A DNA stretch of 62,521 nt, counting the filler, from Choristocarpus tenellus KU-1152 (taxonomy: Eukaryota > Protista > Phaeophyceae), in NCBI GenBank assembly GCA_964200185.2. It is 11 parts of 11 records of this genome, joined end to end, with 100 filler letters (N's around TTAATTAATTAA, not from the genome) between each part and the next. Parts side by side here need not be neighbours in the genome. Positions count along the whole stretch, not along the records: positions 33,940 to 42,071 come from CAXNAD020005097.1; positions 42,172 to 45,866 come from CAXNAD020018456.1; positions 45,967 to 50,423 come from CAXNAD020014466.1; positions 50,524 to 57,204 come from CAXNAD020007578.1; 7 more parts are not named here. One strand, given 5' to 3'. A model generated the notes under the pieces. The model saw nothing but the letters and a program-made list of their open reading frames with translations, was not told where the DNA came from and searched no databases. Made by a program: the position numbers and the translations under genes. Positions 38,200 to 51,403 of this stretch are shown one piece after another. The stretch's first letter is position 1. Every line of letters begins with the position of its first letter.

Positions 38200-39220
38200 T
38201 GTATGACGACGCAAAGGGCAAAATGAGTGTCTCAAAGATAGTTATTCTTGCAACTTGCTGTTTAATCCAGGAGTAGATACGGAATGACGAGTGCAATAGT
38301 TCCAAAGCTCCAGGAGTCAATCACCCAAAGTAACAGCAACTATGAGCAATTCCTCCTCTTCAGCCTTTGCACTCTTCACAAGTATAGCACATGGGTGCTA
38401 TCGAGACATCATCGGATCCAGGATCATTGCTCTGACTACGAGCTTATCCTAGTCCAGATTGAGGATAGCTAATATTTGTCTCAATCTACGAATTAAGTTG
38501 GTGATTGGAACTATTGTGTATGAATAGTAAGGTCTTATCTTCCTCATCATGAACGATTGTGTGACACTGTTGAAAAATATTTCATCCTTCTGTCCTGCAT
38601 ACAATAGTCAGGGTGTATCTTGACGATTGATTAGACACACTACACACTTCACCACTAACTTCTCATGCTAACTTCTAGATGTTGCATTACAACTAATTGT
38701 ACTGGCTCCTGCCTTCTCGTGTGTTGGGTCAACAATCTCATATCTCATCACTCTATCTTCTCCCTCTAATCTTATGCTGGACCTGCGTGCTGGACCTGCA
38801 TGCACAATCTCACATCTCATCCCTCTATCTCCTCCCTCTAGTCTTATGCTTGACCTGCGACCTGCACACCAAAGCTTTTACACCTTGGTCTTTGTGCGGA
38901 ATTTCTGTGGGCACAGATAGGATGGCACAAGTGCACAGTACTTTGTTCCTACCACATCGAATAGCATCTCCCAAACCAGATCTTCGTGAAAAGAAGGCCG
39001 GCATCGCGAAGCAACTCGAACTTTCTACTCAGCCACAAAGACGCTCAAGTTCATAGAAGTCAACGTTCGTTGTCATGTGCAACAATTCTAACTCGATGAA
39101 GTACACATACAGTGTTGTTGTACGTTGGACAAATACCGAATGATAACCAGGAAGTTTTTACTTTGAAGAGTACGCATGTTTTTCCTCACCAAAGTAGCCT
39201 TGGTTCTAACAAATACTGAC
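38200..39220 (-). mobile_element. Ty1/Copia relic (post-integrase region and RT fragment)
   Basis: 'LYVYFIELELLHMTTNVDFYE' (compare Y.VY....S.+V.F.E) and 'HPCAILVK...LLIVAVTLGD*LL' (compare DPC...VYVDDLL). Confidence 0.4.
38732..38866. repeat. About 72-bp tandem duplication
   Basis: acaatctca(t/c)atctcatc(a/c)ctctatct(t/c)ctccctcta(a/g)tcttatgct occurs twice. Confidence 0.85.
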
Positions 39221-39227
39221 TCCGCCT

Positions 39228-39497
39228 GAGTGAAGGTATCTTAGAGGGTACGAGGTTTGTCCTGTTTGTCCGTTTGGGGCTTTGCTTCTCATGTTTTTTT
39301 TAATGACATTTTCCTATTCAGAAATATTTCAGAGTAGGTAAAATGTATACGGTATTGAGCAGGTATCATGCATATGTCCGGAACAAGGACATTAACACTT
39401 CCTAACAAATACGATAGCCAATATTACATCAAAATTACAACATTTAATTTTGGTCCCTCAATTGGACGCGGCTCTACCCTCTAAGATACTTTGACTC
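39228..39497. mobile_element. MITE family A, complete copy
   Basis: TIRs present; flanks gcct / gccc. Confidence 0.9.
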
Positions 39498-40239
39498 GCC
39501 CCTTGTTTTCTCTCTTGCCACTCTCATTTTATCTGGTTTGGAGATATAAACCACACACTTAGACGAAATGATATACACGCACGTATTTATTACCTATTAT
39601 TGTAGTCAGCAAGTATGTGGAGGCCAAGCCCTACCTTTTGCATGTTGCTTGCACTAACCAACATCAGATATTCTAGTATTGTTGGACAACCACACGAGAA
39701 GCAAGACATGCACAAAGATGCAGAAAGAGCGAGGAAGAAGCTAGGTAGTAGGCCGACACACATCGTAATGAGAATGTTTTGGAACCAGAGTATTGGATTT
39801 TACATCAGTCCTACTTCTCACATCTCACTCATTTGCAAACATCACTTCTACAAAAAAAAATGTAGAACTCAGAATAAGGGGGGGCAAATGGTGGGTAGTT
39901 CCTACAATCCCAAATACATTAAATAAAATAGGCAATTCTTGGGAGCTGCATTGGGGAGAGAAATGACTGAAAAGCTCCAGGGGACAGGGTGACGAGCAAC
40001 AAAACATTGAAATCGTGTACATAATCCCCCCCTTCACAGTGATTCTTTTGTACGGGAGAATGCTGTGATTTGTAGAATAACTCTTGCAAAATGTCGAAAG
40101 CCGAGAATGTAATGAAGATTGAAATTCCAAAAGCTTTCCTCAGTCCTACTCCAAAATACTGGCTCAGGAGTGTGCCATAATACGCAGATATGCTTATCCT
40201 AGGATTAATATTAATACTACCAGTAGAATGCTTGTTTTG

Positions 40240-41560
40240 CACTTGGTGTTTTCTCTTTCCCTTCTTCCTTTTTTCTTGTGCCTTCCTTACACAAATGCCC
40301 TCCTCCACGGTTATTATCATGTCCACTGATATTTCCCAGACGTGTGCGGGAGGGACAATACTATTAATAGTCTGGTTTTTCTGGAATAATTTATTGCCTA
40401 CTCCTATTAACCTCACGTCCATTCCACTCCTCATCAACTCACGACACACTACTCCCTCCATGCTACATCAACATCACACCACCACCTTCTTACCATTCCA
40501 ACTATGTGGACAATTTCAGTGTATGATATCCACTCATACAATAAATATTGACGCAGGTATTAGTGGTATGACCTGCAGATGGTTTGTTGGGTCGAATCTG
40601 ATGTGTTTGACCATGGTTAGAAGGAAAGGAATGCATGGTCGAAATGAGCCTTGTGTCCTTGAATGAGATGGAGTGCAACAAGAGGTTTGGTTATGTTGAT
40701 TACCTTGATATAGGCGGAGGGCCAGGAAGAAGTAGACGAGGATTGACCAGGTAGAAAAAAAGATAAAATGTTGTATACCTGATCCGCTCTACCTTGATTT
40801 TGCCCCTGGTCTGGTCTGGTCCAAGTCTGCAATATGGTTTGTGTGAGTTGAAGTCTGTACATCATGACGCATGCCATTTGATGAAGATGAAGTCCTAGTG
40901 TGTTTTGAAATGATAATATAGTGTCGATTAAACATTTCTTGGTCTGTATGGCTCTGTAATAGATACACCGCTTCCATACTCGCAGTTTGGTGAATACTAC
41001 TTTGGAGAAATACACATGGTTTTGATGCATTATTTTGATCGCATCAAACTGGTGGTTGGAGACTGTAGAGCAGAGGACGTTGAGAGTGGGAGGTATCAGG
41101 TAGGGGAAAAGATGATTGGGAACCTCGTCAGCAAAATCATTTTCAATCACAGCAACAGTGTTGGTGCAATTTCTAGAAGGAAAGAAAACCAGGCTTAAGG
41201 TCCACCACATGGGCCGCCAACCCTCTCACTTCCCTGTTGGAATTATACAACAAGATTGAAAGTAAATTCAACACTGTGAAACACACCATATATAGACACA
41301 TCCATACTTTCCTAACCTACAGAAGAAGAGACACCTCCGACAAAGACAATGAAGAAGTGGAACACAAGTTTTGTGCAACACCAAACAAACACAAAGTTGT
41401 TAGATTTCACCTGCGCAGAAGGCATGCACGGACCGTATCACTTGATAATCAATTCCTCAGCTGCAGTCTCCAATTGTAGACTGTTTATGAAGGAGGACAT
41501 TCCGCATAATTCGATTTCTTTCACAAACCTCTACAGACAAACCTCTACAGAAGTAACCTC
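40240..41560 (-). pseudogene. pogo/Tigger/Fot1-like (DDE_1) transposase relic
   Basis: 'KPLVALHLIQGHKAHFDHAFLSF' (compare P+LL++DGH.SH...F+.F), 'AGHTT/YLRQ' (compare P.HTTH.LQP.D), C-terminal 'IITVEE...QEKRKK', upstream 'EVRGLAAHV'. Confidence 0.45.
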
Positions 41561-41780
41561 TCTTGCCTAAGAATTTTCCGTAGCCTTCACTATGGCCTTT
41601 CCTAGGGTTGTGAATAGAAACAATTTGTGAGTACAAATTACATCAGCTCGAAAAATTTCAATATACTCCATTGTAATCAAAACATGCGCTTTGCATGGCT
41701 AAGTGATGAGAGGCAAAAGAAGGCCCTTGCTGTAGGTGATATTTTTCTTGTATTCTTCGTATCCATGCTCTTTTTTCTCA

Positions 41781-42035
41781 CTACAAGGTAAGCTTTCTGT
41801 TGCCTTTCTTGGAAGCCTCCCATGCATTCACTTTTGTCCAGGTAGAGTGAAGGAAGACTAGAACCTCCACATTATCTGGGTCCAATCTGCTCTGCTTGAG
41901 GGGTTGCAATATTCCCTGCTGTTGAGAGTATGTGCTCTGAGTTTGCTTGTGCACAGGAATGGTCAAAATGCAGCGGGTAAGTTTGACCAGGCGCGGAATT
42001 TAGCTCTTTTTCCGCCACCAATTGATTATGTTGTT
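41781..42035 (-). pseudogene. hAT transposase C-terminal dimerisation domain relic
   Basis: 'WWRKK..PRLVKLTRCILTIP / AQANSEHILSTAGNI / SRLDPDNVEVLVFLH', a classic Dimer_Tnp_hAT pattern with frameshifts. Confidence 0.8.
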
Positions 42036-42049
42036 GGTTTTAAGCTCCA

Positions 42050-42071
42050 GGGTCAAAGTATCTTGGGGGGG
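42050..42071. mobile_element. MITE family B terminus at contig end, adjacent to the hAT relic
   Basis: gggtcaaagtatcttggggggg. Confidence 0.7.
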
Positions 42072-42236
42072 NNNNNNNNNNNNNNNNNNNNNNNNNNNNN
42101 NNNNNNNNNNNNNNNTTAATTAATTAANNNNNNNNNNNNNNNNNNNNNNNNNNNNNNNNNNNNNNNNNNNNCACCCCCCCCCCCCCCCCCCCCGCCCCCC
42201 TCTCTAATCATTAAAAAAAGAAAGGGGGGGGGTGGG

Positions 42237-42277
<41 letters not shown>

Positions 42278-42825
42278 GGGCTCTATGCTAGTGAAGACCA
42301 CAACCAGCTACAATTTAGACGCCCACAACTCGATAGATTTCTATTGCCTCATGCCTGTACATCCCAAACCGTATTACCATGATGTACATCAATGACGCAC
42401 TCGCACACAGAGGGCAACCGCAACAACCAATCCACTCCGCAAGAGTCAGCACACTCAGTCGCCTGCCATGTTTATTTATTTTTTATTTAAAACGGACAAG
42501 ATCTGAGGAAGAGAGAGGCCTCTGTTGATCGATGTAAGAACACACGCTTCTTTGCGACAATACTAGGGTCCACCCTTGCCTTCCTCCCGGAGTCCAACCA
42601 CCGACTCACGAGGGAGATGCCTTTGTGATCATATTGCCCTACATCACACTATTCTATTGTACTAACTGCTACACCTCTCTTTCGCCAGCGCACCGGCCCT
42701 AACCCTAACCCAAGAGACAAGAGCAAATACATGCGAATACCCCCTAAAACCTCTCATTCCAGACACACCACCAACAAGCGCGTCAACCCCGATGAGATAG
42801 CCAGTAAACCGGTGCTCTCGCCATC

Positions 42826-44500
42826 AATACACCGCCACATCAAGTCCAACTAACTCCTGCTTCCAGGTCAACTTCGTCACTTCCAGCGCTATCTCCATGA
42901 AGTCTACCCAAGTTACTCTCGAGCCATGTTTTTTAGCACACACTAAAGGCTACTGAGAAGCACCCGTCTCGGAAAAAGGTGAGATGGTACAATAGGAGTC
43001 ACTGACCTCAACACCAACACCAACCCTAACCCTCACCAAGAGCAACACCTGTACCGAACGAATGTGGTTAGGAGTAACAAAAGTATTAGGTCCGTAATCA
43101 GAACAAGCATCTATCCTCGCCCGTTGTACTCCAGAAGCAATAGTTACATACAGCTGCACCATCACATCACAATACAAACTGGTTCAGCTTCATTTGTGAT
43201 GATCTCCTTATATACACCATCTACATCTTGTGTGCTTCTTGGTTGTTTGCTCATCCACATCAACACTCGCAACTATGTCCTCTAATTCTTAACCTCGAAG
43301 ATACAGCAATAAAACTGTACTTCAGTTCCATGAAAGAAGTAGTGAAGAGTATACTTATTGATATATTGGTACACAAACATCCCTAAGTTCCTCCCCAAAT
43401 TCTCCCCATTACCTATCACATTACTTCTCCAAAATGTGCCTCACAAATACCATGCTGTAAATATTTTTGATTGAAGAAGCATAGATTATTCATACTAGAA
43501 TCAACTGCTACACAAGTCCCTACTGATGATGACGACGACACCTAGCCACATACTACACCTGCCTCAATCCCTCACCTTCAGCTCGGGAAACAAAGAGAGG
43601 AATGCTCCCTTTCCAATGCCGGACGCATTTCCCCCCCTACCCCCATCTGCTCTTGTAGCGGTAGAGTTCACCCCACCCTCTCCTTTCCCTTCCGCTGTGG
43701 CATAGGAAAGCGTTGCTAGACCTACCTTACCCTCATCTGTCCTTTCCGGCCCTGCATCATCGGTAATCTCGGCACTGATTCCTCCATTTTTTCGGTCTAC
43801 TGACACACTGGTCGAGCCACCCGTGGCAGGGGAAGTGGAGGGGACGCTTGGGCCCGTTCCAGAGTTGGTTACTGACAGAAGTTTCACCTGTGTAGCAACT
43901 TTGGGGCTCTTCGAGCCTCCCTGGCCTCCCTGACCCCTAACCAAGCGATATTTGCGCTGAAGCAAGTTAACCTCACCGTGACGCCACCGATTGAGCAGTT
44001 CATTCATCTTGGGGGGTGTTGGGAATGGAAAAAGGAATTGGGGTGGGCGGTGAGGGGTATCGTTGATGATACTCTTGAAATTTGTACACGTTTGCTTTTT
44101 ACTAGCATTGAAAGGGCGAGAAACGGTCCAACTATGTTGCAAGCTGCTCCAAGATGCATAGCCATAACTAAAAATCTTCACGTATCTGGTACTCAGGTAC
44201 ATCAGATAATTAATACCTTTGCCTTAGGAATGGAGGTAAATGTTCTCTTCTGCACCAAGATCTGAGAGGGGCGGATATCACGTTTTAATGAGAGTGAATA
44301 GGCAATTTTTAGAGTCATCCGGTCTTGACTCTCACATTATCTTGCATTGGCGCTGACAGAGGGGCCGGAAAGGCTGCTCGGTCTGGTAGCTCCTGTCGGG
44401 GTGAAGAGCTGCAGCAACCCATTTCGGATGTTTAGGGTCAAAGACCTCAAGCTCCGGGATCGTGGTCGAAGACTTAAAACGCGTAACCACTTCAGATTTA
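42826..44500 (-). CDS. Multi-exon hypothetical protein (exons about 44261-44217, 44028-43576, 42949-42826; upstream exons uncertain)
   Basis: ILVQKRTFTSIPKAK | MNELLNRWRHGEVNLLQRKYRL...FLSLFPELK | PLVCAKKHGSRVTWVDFMEIALEVTKLTWKQELVGLDVAVY*; GT-AG, phase 0. Confidence 0.6.
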
Positions 44501-45966
44501 CCTTAACAACAGAGCATGGTTTGGTAGGTTACTTTGAGAACCATTTCAGTGTGATTGAAGCGAGGACTGTTGACTATTGCCAACAGCGAGAAGTCGTCCA
44601 GGCAGGAAAGATGCATGTTTCTGATAATTCCAAGGTTTGTTTTTAATACATGTGGATATAGGACTAATACAGGTACCCTGTCTCGCTACGTATGCCAAGA
44701 CATGCATTTAGGTCGAAAATGACAGGTGTTGCGTTTGGAGTTTCGAGGAGACAGCTAATTAGGATGCCCCCTACCCTTGACTTGTAATAGGTTCTGATAG
44801 GACAATTATCCAAGATGATTGGAATGAGGGTTCCAAACCGTTCAGACCTTGTTTTGTGGTTGGTAAGCACTGAGAGGGGAGGGAACTGGTAGACAATAGT
44901 GTTGCGAGTCGTAAACAAGTGCGGGGAATAGAAGGTAATGAATGTCCCACTTCTACGTGTAACATCAAGCGTGTGGGAAAGGGGATTGCTCGAACTAATA
45001 TATACCTACCAGCCACCAGTTCTCCTTGTATCACCACACCTTCGGCTCAAACGGACCCAACCCTACATCTGAAGGCCATGTCCGTGTAGATTCGGTCTGT
45101 GTGTTTGAAGCTTCACTAAAATATCGGAGTTTGTTGTGTTGTAATAAATCATTTTTGTTATATTTTGGATGTATATATTTTGATATTTTCTCCAATTTGC
45201 TTACACAATACGAATCCTGATTGCATTAATCTGTACTGCTACAACAACTACTATACCACAGTACCAATAAAGAGTAGTAGTCCGTACTTCACAACTTCAA
45301 ACTTCACCTTTGGTCCCTATTGAAATCACCATTGCGAGCAATATCAGGAAGAAAAACGAGTAGTGGTAGTGGTGGGACAGGTATTGGGAGACAAGTACCC
45401 ACCTATGCTGGCGATACTCAGTGCTTCGACTGCGGTACTGTTGTGCGAACACTATATTCATGGTTTCCGAACATTGACTCAATACATTCAAATATACTCA
45501 AAAATAAAAGTGAAGTATAGTAGTTATTACCTTGACATCAATCTCAATCTCCTTTGTGATACAAAGATGTAGTAGATGTAGCATTTGAATTTAAAATAGT
45601 AATCACTACTTCTGTCTCTACAACTTAATAGTAACACTACACCTCTGCCTTCAGTCTTCTTCTGTGCTTCATATCTTGTTTTTTCTTATGTTTACAAGGT
45701 GGACCGGTGAACACCTCAACCTATTCCTATCTTGATTTAGTCCACGTGATCGCCTCGCCTCTTCCCTTGAATCTTATTTAGCACATCTCCGTCATACAAT
45801 ATGCGGGAGGATATGGTAGGAAAGGAGTAGTTAAATCCAGACTACGCCAAATTGTTTCGGTGACTANNNNNNNNNNNNNNNNNNNNNNNNNNNNNNNNNN
45901 NNNNNNNNNNTTAATTAATTAANNNNNNNNNNNNNNNNNNNNNNNNNNNNNNNNNNNNNNNNNNNN

Positions 45967-46011
45967 GACCCCCAAATGGACAGGGCTCTACCCTCTAAGA
46001 TACTTTGGCTC
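45967..46011. mobile_element. MITE family A terminal fragment; similar contig-edge fragments at 50524-50581 and 57118-57204
   Basis: cccaaatggacagggctctaccctctaagatactttggctc. Confidence 0.85.
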
Positions 46012-46329
46012 ATCTGCACATTCTGCTAGTAGGGCTAAGGAAGTGATAATCAAATTACACATCTTGGTATTGAAAAAGAAATATCTTCTCTATCTGTAAA
46101 ATCCGGTGGCAACTGACCAGATTGGCAACCCTCTAGTATGGAGGAACTCATTGCACTTTCCGGTCCTCGATGGTTATCACAAGTGTCTGAGGAGGCCGTG
46201 TTGCTTATAGGTGGACATCTAGTTGGCAATAATTCAAGTTCTTCAGCTATTTTAAGGGCAGGAGTCTTTTTTTTTAATGACAAGTCGCTTGGTTGGCGGC
46301 TCTTACATTAGGGGGCTCAAGCTTGTTCT

Positions 46330-49300
46330 CTTCCCTGTAGGCTGCGATCGTCTCTACACGTTCAGTTATTTCAGCAGGTTTTGGCCATATATCACTGGCT
46401 GGTGAATATCCTTGAAGGCGAAGTCGATATAAATATTTGCAAGTGGTCTTTCTTCCCGCACCTTGCTTATGGTCAACAATGCCCTCTACATTGTAGGGCC
46501 CAATAGTTCACTGTGTCTTTGACCCCGTATCAAGATCTGGTTCAGGTAGTACCTTGCCTAAAAAGACTGAATTAAGGACATCTATGTCAGGTTCAGTGGC
46601 AACTAACTCCTTCGTTAAAGGGTCTAAGTATGTCCACATGAACTGTCACTTCACGTCGGTCTCCTAAGCGTTTTACGCGATAAACAACGGGTGTTAAATG
46701 TGCCTTCACTTCATAAGGTCCTCTCCATGGGGAAAATAACTTAGGATTTGGTGCATCAGCTGAATTCTGTGGTATGTGAAGCCACACTTTATCCCCTAGC
46801 TAATATATTGGAAGTTACTGTGGTATGTGAAGCCACACTTTATCCCCTAGCTAATATATTGGGAGTTTATGGTTCACAGTCTTTGATTCATTCTTCAGAG
46901 CCATCTCACCAGTATTTGCCGGGCAAGTCTGTATGGTATGTATGAATTTTGTACGGTTATGTGAATTTCCACTGTTCTCATACTGTATTTTTGTACGTTA
47001 TGGGGTGAGCTCAGGGGCCCTCAAATTGACATCAATTGCTGAAATTGAACGCCTTCCAAACATGAGAAAAATGAATTTTCCTAAACATTGGTATTATATA
47101 GACCGTATTTTGTGCTAGCTGTACAAAGGGCAATGATGAGGCAAAGTCAGATTCGTTCATATCGTTGTTCAAATACATGGCTAGTATTCCATGCATCGTT
47201 CTTTCACACATGCTATTATTGCCTTGGGGTGGATATGCCGTGGTTTTGTTTTTATGATATGCATACCATTAATCCAACTCAGGCGGGAGTTTGTTGTCAA
47301 ATTCATTGCTTTGGTCAGAGTGGAGTGTTTCAGGAGAACCTAAAATGGAAAAGAAATACGATGGACAAGAGCTTTAGTCGAAGTTTTTCCTTGCTTATTT
47401 GCAATGCCAACCTAGATTGCGAATAATGTAAGACAATATACGACGGATAACACACATTTTGTGTAGTCTGACGTGGCCGTATATTTAACTAGGTCAATAA
47501 CAAGCCGTTGAAACGGACGTGTAACATGTGTATGTCTTGTAGGTTCCCCAAATGTATGGTTTCCAGCATTGAATTGCCAGAATAACTGCAAGACACTCTT
47601 TTTTGAGGCAAAATATTTCAACTTGGAGGGGGAAAGTAAGGCACTATGGTGCGTAATTATATCAAATTTGCCGAATGTCCTTTTTATGACCCAAAACGCC
47701 CCTTTCCCAACATTACTAGCATCTACACATGTATAAATAATTCCTTAGAAAAATCAGGCAAGTGTAGAACTGGAGACATTGTAAAATGTTGTTTGCACTT
47801 GTGAAAAGCAGGTTGTCATGGTCGATTCCATCTGGATAAAAGATCACTTTAATTACTTCTTAATTTCTTTGGGGTGGTATGCTCTCCTTTTATACTTACC
47901 CTTTGTGTGTGGCAACTCAATTCATCTAACTGTTCTGTTACTATTGCTAGAGGAGGAATATACTTCCAGAAAAAGTTCATAGAATATAAGAAAGGTTGTG
48001 TAAGCCTTTCACAGTCTGAGGGGGGTGCATTCCTGACGTAGGTTCAATACGAGCTTGTGATATAGCTATTCCTTGTGGGGTAACATCATGCCCCGAATAA
48101 TGAATTTGCTTTGAGTCAAATTGAGCCTTGGATGGCTTTATCATAACCCCCGCGGTTTATAAGACTGTCAGTACCGTAGTGACTAACTGTATGGTGTGCC
48201 CAAGATGGGGAGGCCAAAACAACATTGTCTAAATATACCAACAACCCAGAGAGCTAGGACCGATTGTAGAAAACATTTCAGACATGAAGGGTTGAAAGAT
48301 CCGTTTTGTACTCCAAATGGTAACATCTGAAACCCATATTTCCCATCTGGTGGGATGAATGCAGTTTTTGGTAGTTCGTATTCCTCAGTCATAGGTAGTT
48401 GCCAACTGGCTGATTGAATATGTAGACAAGATAAGTATTTTGAAAACCCCCAAGGTGGATAAACACTTTTCCATGGATGGCAAAGGCCATGAATTACGTA
48501 ACAAATGTTTATTAATGGTCCTTCTGAAATACACACAGAAACAGGGGGATCCATCAGGTTTTGTGGCAACGGTAACAGGGGATACACATGGGCTAGATGA
48601 AGATTTTACAATGTCCTGTTCTTTTCCATATCAGTTACACATTGATTAATGGTGTCACGTATTTTTGGTGCCGCGCGATACAGTGGTCTACTAACTGGTT
48701 TAGTGCCTGGTTGTAGTGGAAAGTCAACAGAAGTAGTGGTGCAACAACCTTATTCACTTTCTGATAATGAAAAGACTGGTCTGGATTCAGCCACAATACC
48801 TAGCAATTGTTTAGAACACGCCAGTTGTGTGTTTGCAAATGCCTTCTTAGAAAAAACCTTCAAATTGTCCCTAACTTTTTTCAGTTCTTCAGAGTTAGAG
48901 GATTTAGCTGCTACTGGAATTGTGGCAACATCTGAAAGGGAATACGCGGTTGACACAGGGAGATATGACCAACTACAAAATTTTCTGGTAGCTTGACCCC
49001 TTCTTGAAATAAATAGGGAATTTTGACTAAACATCCTCCATCTTCAGAACCACCAGAGATGAGGTTCAGAAAGGAAGTGAGGGGTGAGACTGAGGCATGC
49101 TGGGCGTATGTTGATAGTGTTGGGGTGGCATGTAGATCAATCTCCAGTGTGATCGGTTGCGACCAGTCAGAACAGAAAACATAATCTCAGACTTGGTCTT
49201 TGAATCCACGGTTCATTTCAAATTTAGTGCGAACCAGTCATGCGTCTTACCCACACCACATAACCTAGGTTGGCGTCAATGGCAAAAGGTGGCGCGCACT

Positions 49301-50100
49301 AATGTGTATGACTGTGTGCATTATCCTCATCAGTATTAGCACATCCCTAAACGAGACCTGTCCCTGACTTATCACAGTATATATGTTATCACATCCCTCT
49401 CTAAATTGACACGTTATGGAAGTCCCAGTAGGGTAGTAGGTGACATGACGTCTCTAGTGTGTCATGTTGGAGTACCATAACATCAATTTGTAAAAATATT
49501 TTCCTGTGAGTTATATTGTATATCGTTGTTTAGTTCTTGCATTTCGCGTATCGGCACCACCAATCCTGTGTTAAAAACAGGTACAAATACTTGTTGGTAA
49601 GACTTATCCTCTGCGAAACCTGTACAAATATACAACTGTTACTTTGAAGGGGTTGTTGTGATATTGGTTTGACTTTTCCATCTCGGAAAACGATTATCTA
49701 TAAGCGAAAGAGTCAACTCATTAAAAGTTTTGATTTGAGAAGATGTACCCTAGTGTAGTATCCTTTGTGCTTTGAATTGAATATTATGGGATACAATACA
49801 TTTGAGCCAACATGTCATCACAAGTCAAAGCAAGGCATAATGCGACCACAGTGATAGGGGTTCTGTGGGATTGCATGTTGATCGCTACAGACAAACACAT
49901 GTCCGCAGTATCTTTTGAACTTCAATGTTTTGGGACATGAAATATATTGTGGAAATGTGCAATTTGAACAAGATTGTTCTGGGATGTAACTCACGTTGTT
50001 GTGTGCGTTTTTGACATGAGGATTATAAGACATTTCATCTGATATATGTGCATTGAAGTCTAGTGTTAATCGCGTAAGATGGTGTTGAATGTCTATTGTC
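46330..50100 (-). mobile_element. Degenerate Ty3/Gypsy chromovirus (RT, integrase, GPY/F, chromodomain)
   Basis: RT 'WQLPM..ELPKTAFIPPDGKYGFQMLPFGVQN'; integrase 'RPFQRLVIDLV'; GPY/F 'KLFSPWRGPYEV..VHVDILRPF'; chromodomain 'YNVEGIVDH..YRLRLQGYSPASDIWP'. Upstream boundary approximate; LTRs not identified. Confidence 0.88.
46767..46868. repeat. Near-perfect 51-bp tandem duplication inside the Gypsy relic
   Basis: ctgtggtatgtgaagccacactttatcccctagctaatatattgg occurs twice. Confidence 0.9.
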
Positions 50101-51403
50101 CAGGGTGTGAAATACTGTAGGGAACCCCGAAGGTATCACTTCAAATTCAATGTCAACTCAGAGATTTAATGATCACCACGTTTCTGACCTTGAGGACTGG
50201 TGAATTGCTGGTGGCATGGTGGCAGATGACGAATCAGCTCCGTAGATGAATATCCTTGACCAATCAGAAGTGGTAGTACAGGATAACTCGCTCCTTACAA
50301 TTTTATATTTGATGTCAACTATCTCGAATGCTCTCTTGGGGTCTCGTTGAAGTGATGAGATAGTACGGACTATGGTCAAGATCGAGGTAAGGGCTATGAG
50401 CTCTGTTAGGTGGTCAAACACGCNNNNNNNNNNNNNNNNNNNNNNNNNNNNNNNNNNNNNNNNNNNNTTAATTAATTAANNNNNNNNNNNNNNNNNNNNN
50501 NNNNNNNNNNNNNNNNNNNNNNNCAAGCCCCACAAATGGACAAACAGGGAAAAAATCGTACCCTCTAAGATAGTTTCACTCAATAGTAGTTGAGGAGAAC
50601 AAGGCCTTGAATGTCCAACACACAAAACTGATGGTGAGAACCATGGAGAGTTACAATTCATGCATGCTTCAAGAAGAGTGACAGAGGCTAGGGATGCAAT
50701 GCCAGGCATCTACTTTCGATTCCCACAATTCGTAAAGAAGGCACATAGGCCCGAGCTCCAGCAGGCCACAGGGCAGTGACTGATGCAAGAAAAGTGTGCT
50801 TACCCAGTTATTTCTCTGAATCAGGGTGAGGGGATCGCGGCACACTCATTTCAACAAGATGAATCAACAGTGATGATCGTTATCGGCACAGGGGAGAGGA
50901 TTCACCTCTGTTCTTCAACTCTGCTGTGTGCCTTGTCACCATAGTTGCTCATTGGTTTGTTGCCTGCTGCTCTTAGCTAGCCTTAGTGGACCTGGGGCAT
51001 ATTTATACTCTAGAATACGATCTGTAGCTATTCTGTGTTGCTTGTCATTTTTCCTTGTTGTAATCTCTTCTACAATATTTTCTGCCAAAGATTGACTGTT
51101 AGAACCTCTGCAACCCCAACAGGTGCCAACACTATCACGAGTGCCTCCTGCCAGATGTATTGAACACTACAATTACATCACCAGATTTATGCCGTGAAGG
51201 AAGATTGGATAACATATCCGCCACAGACATTCTATTGCTGTTAACTTCAACACTGTGACAAAAAAATCAACTCTTTCCAACTACATTATCCATGGCCCTA
51301 CAGCATATTCCCTCTTCTTCCCATCAGATATTTCTGTACATGTTCCACATCTCATTCCCTCTAATTCACCGCTGCTTAGTTGTACTCAACAAATTTATCT
51401 TAC

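Noticed and set aside
41105-41170. CobW-like motif 'VAVIENDFADE'
   Set aside because: No Walker A or CxCC nearby; the context fits a pogo-like relic better.
42696-42711. Telomere-like CCCTAA repeats (also near 25444 and 43023)
   Set aside because: Only about two units each and internal; too short to call telomeric.
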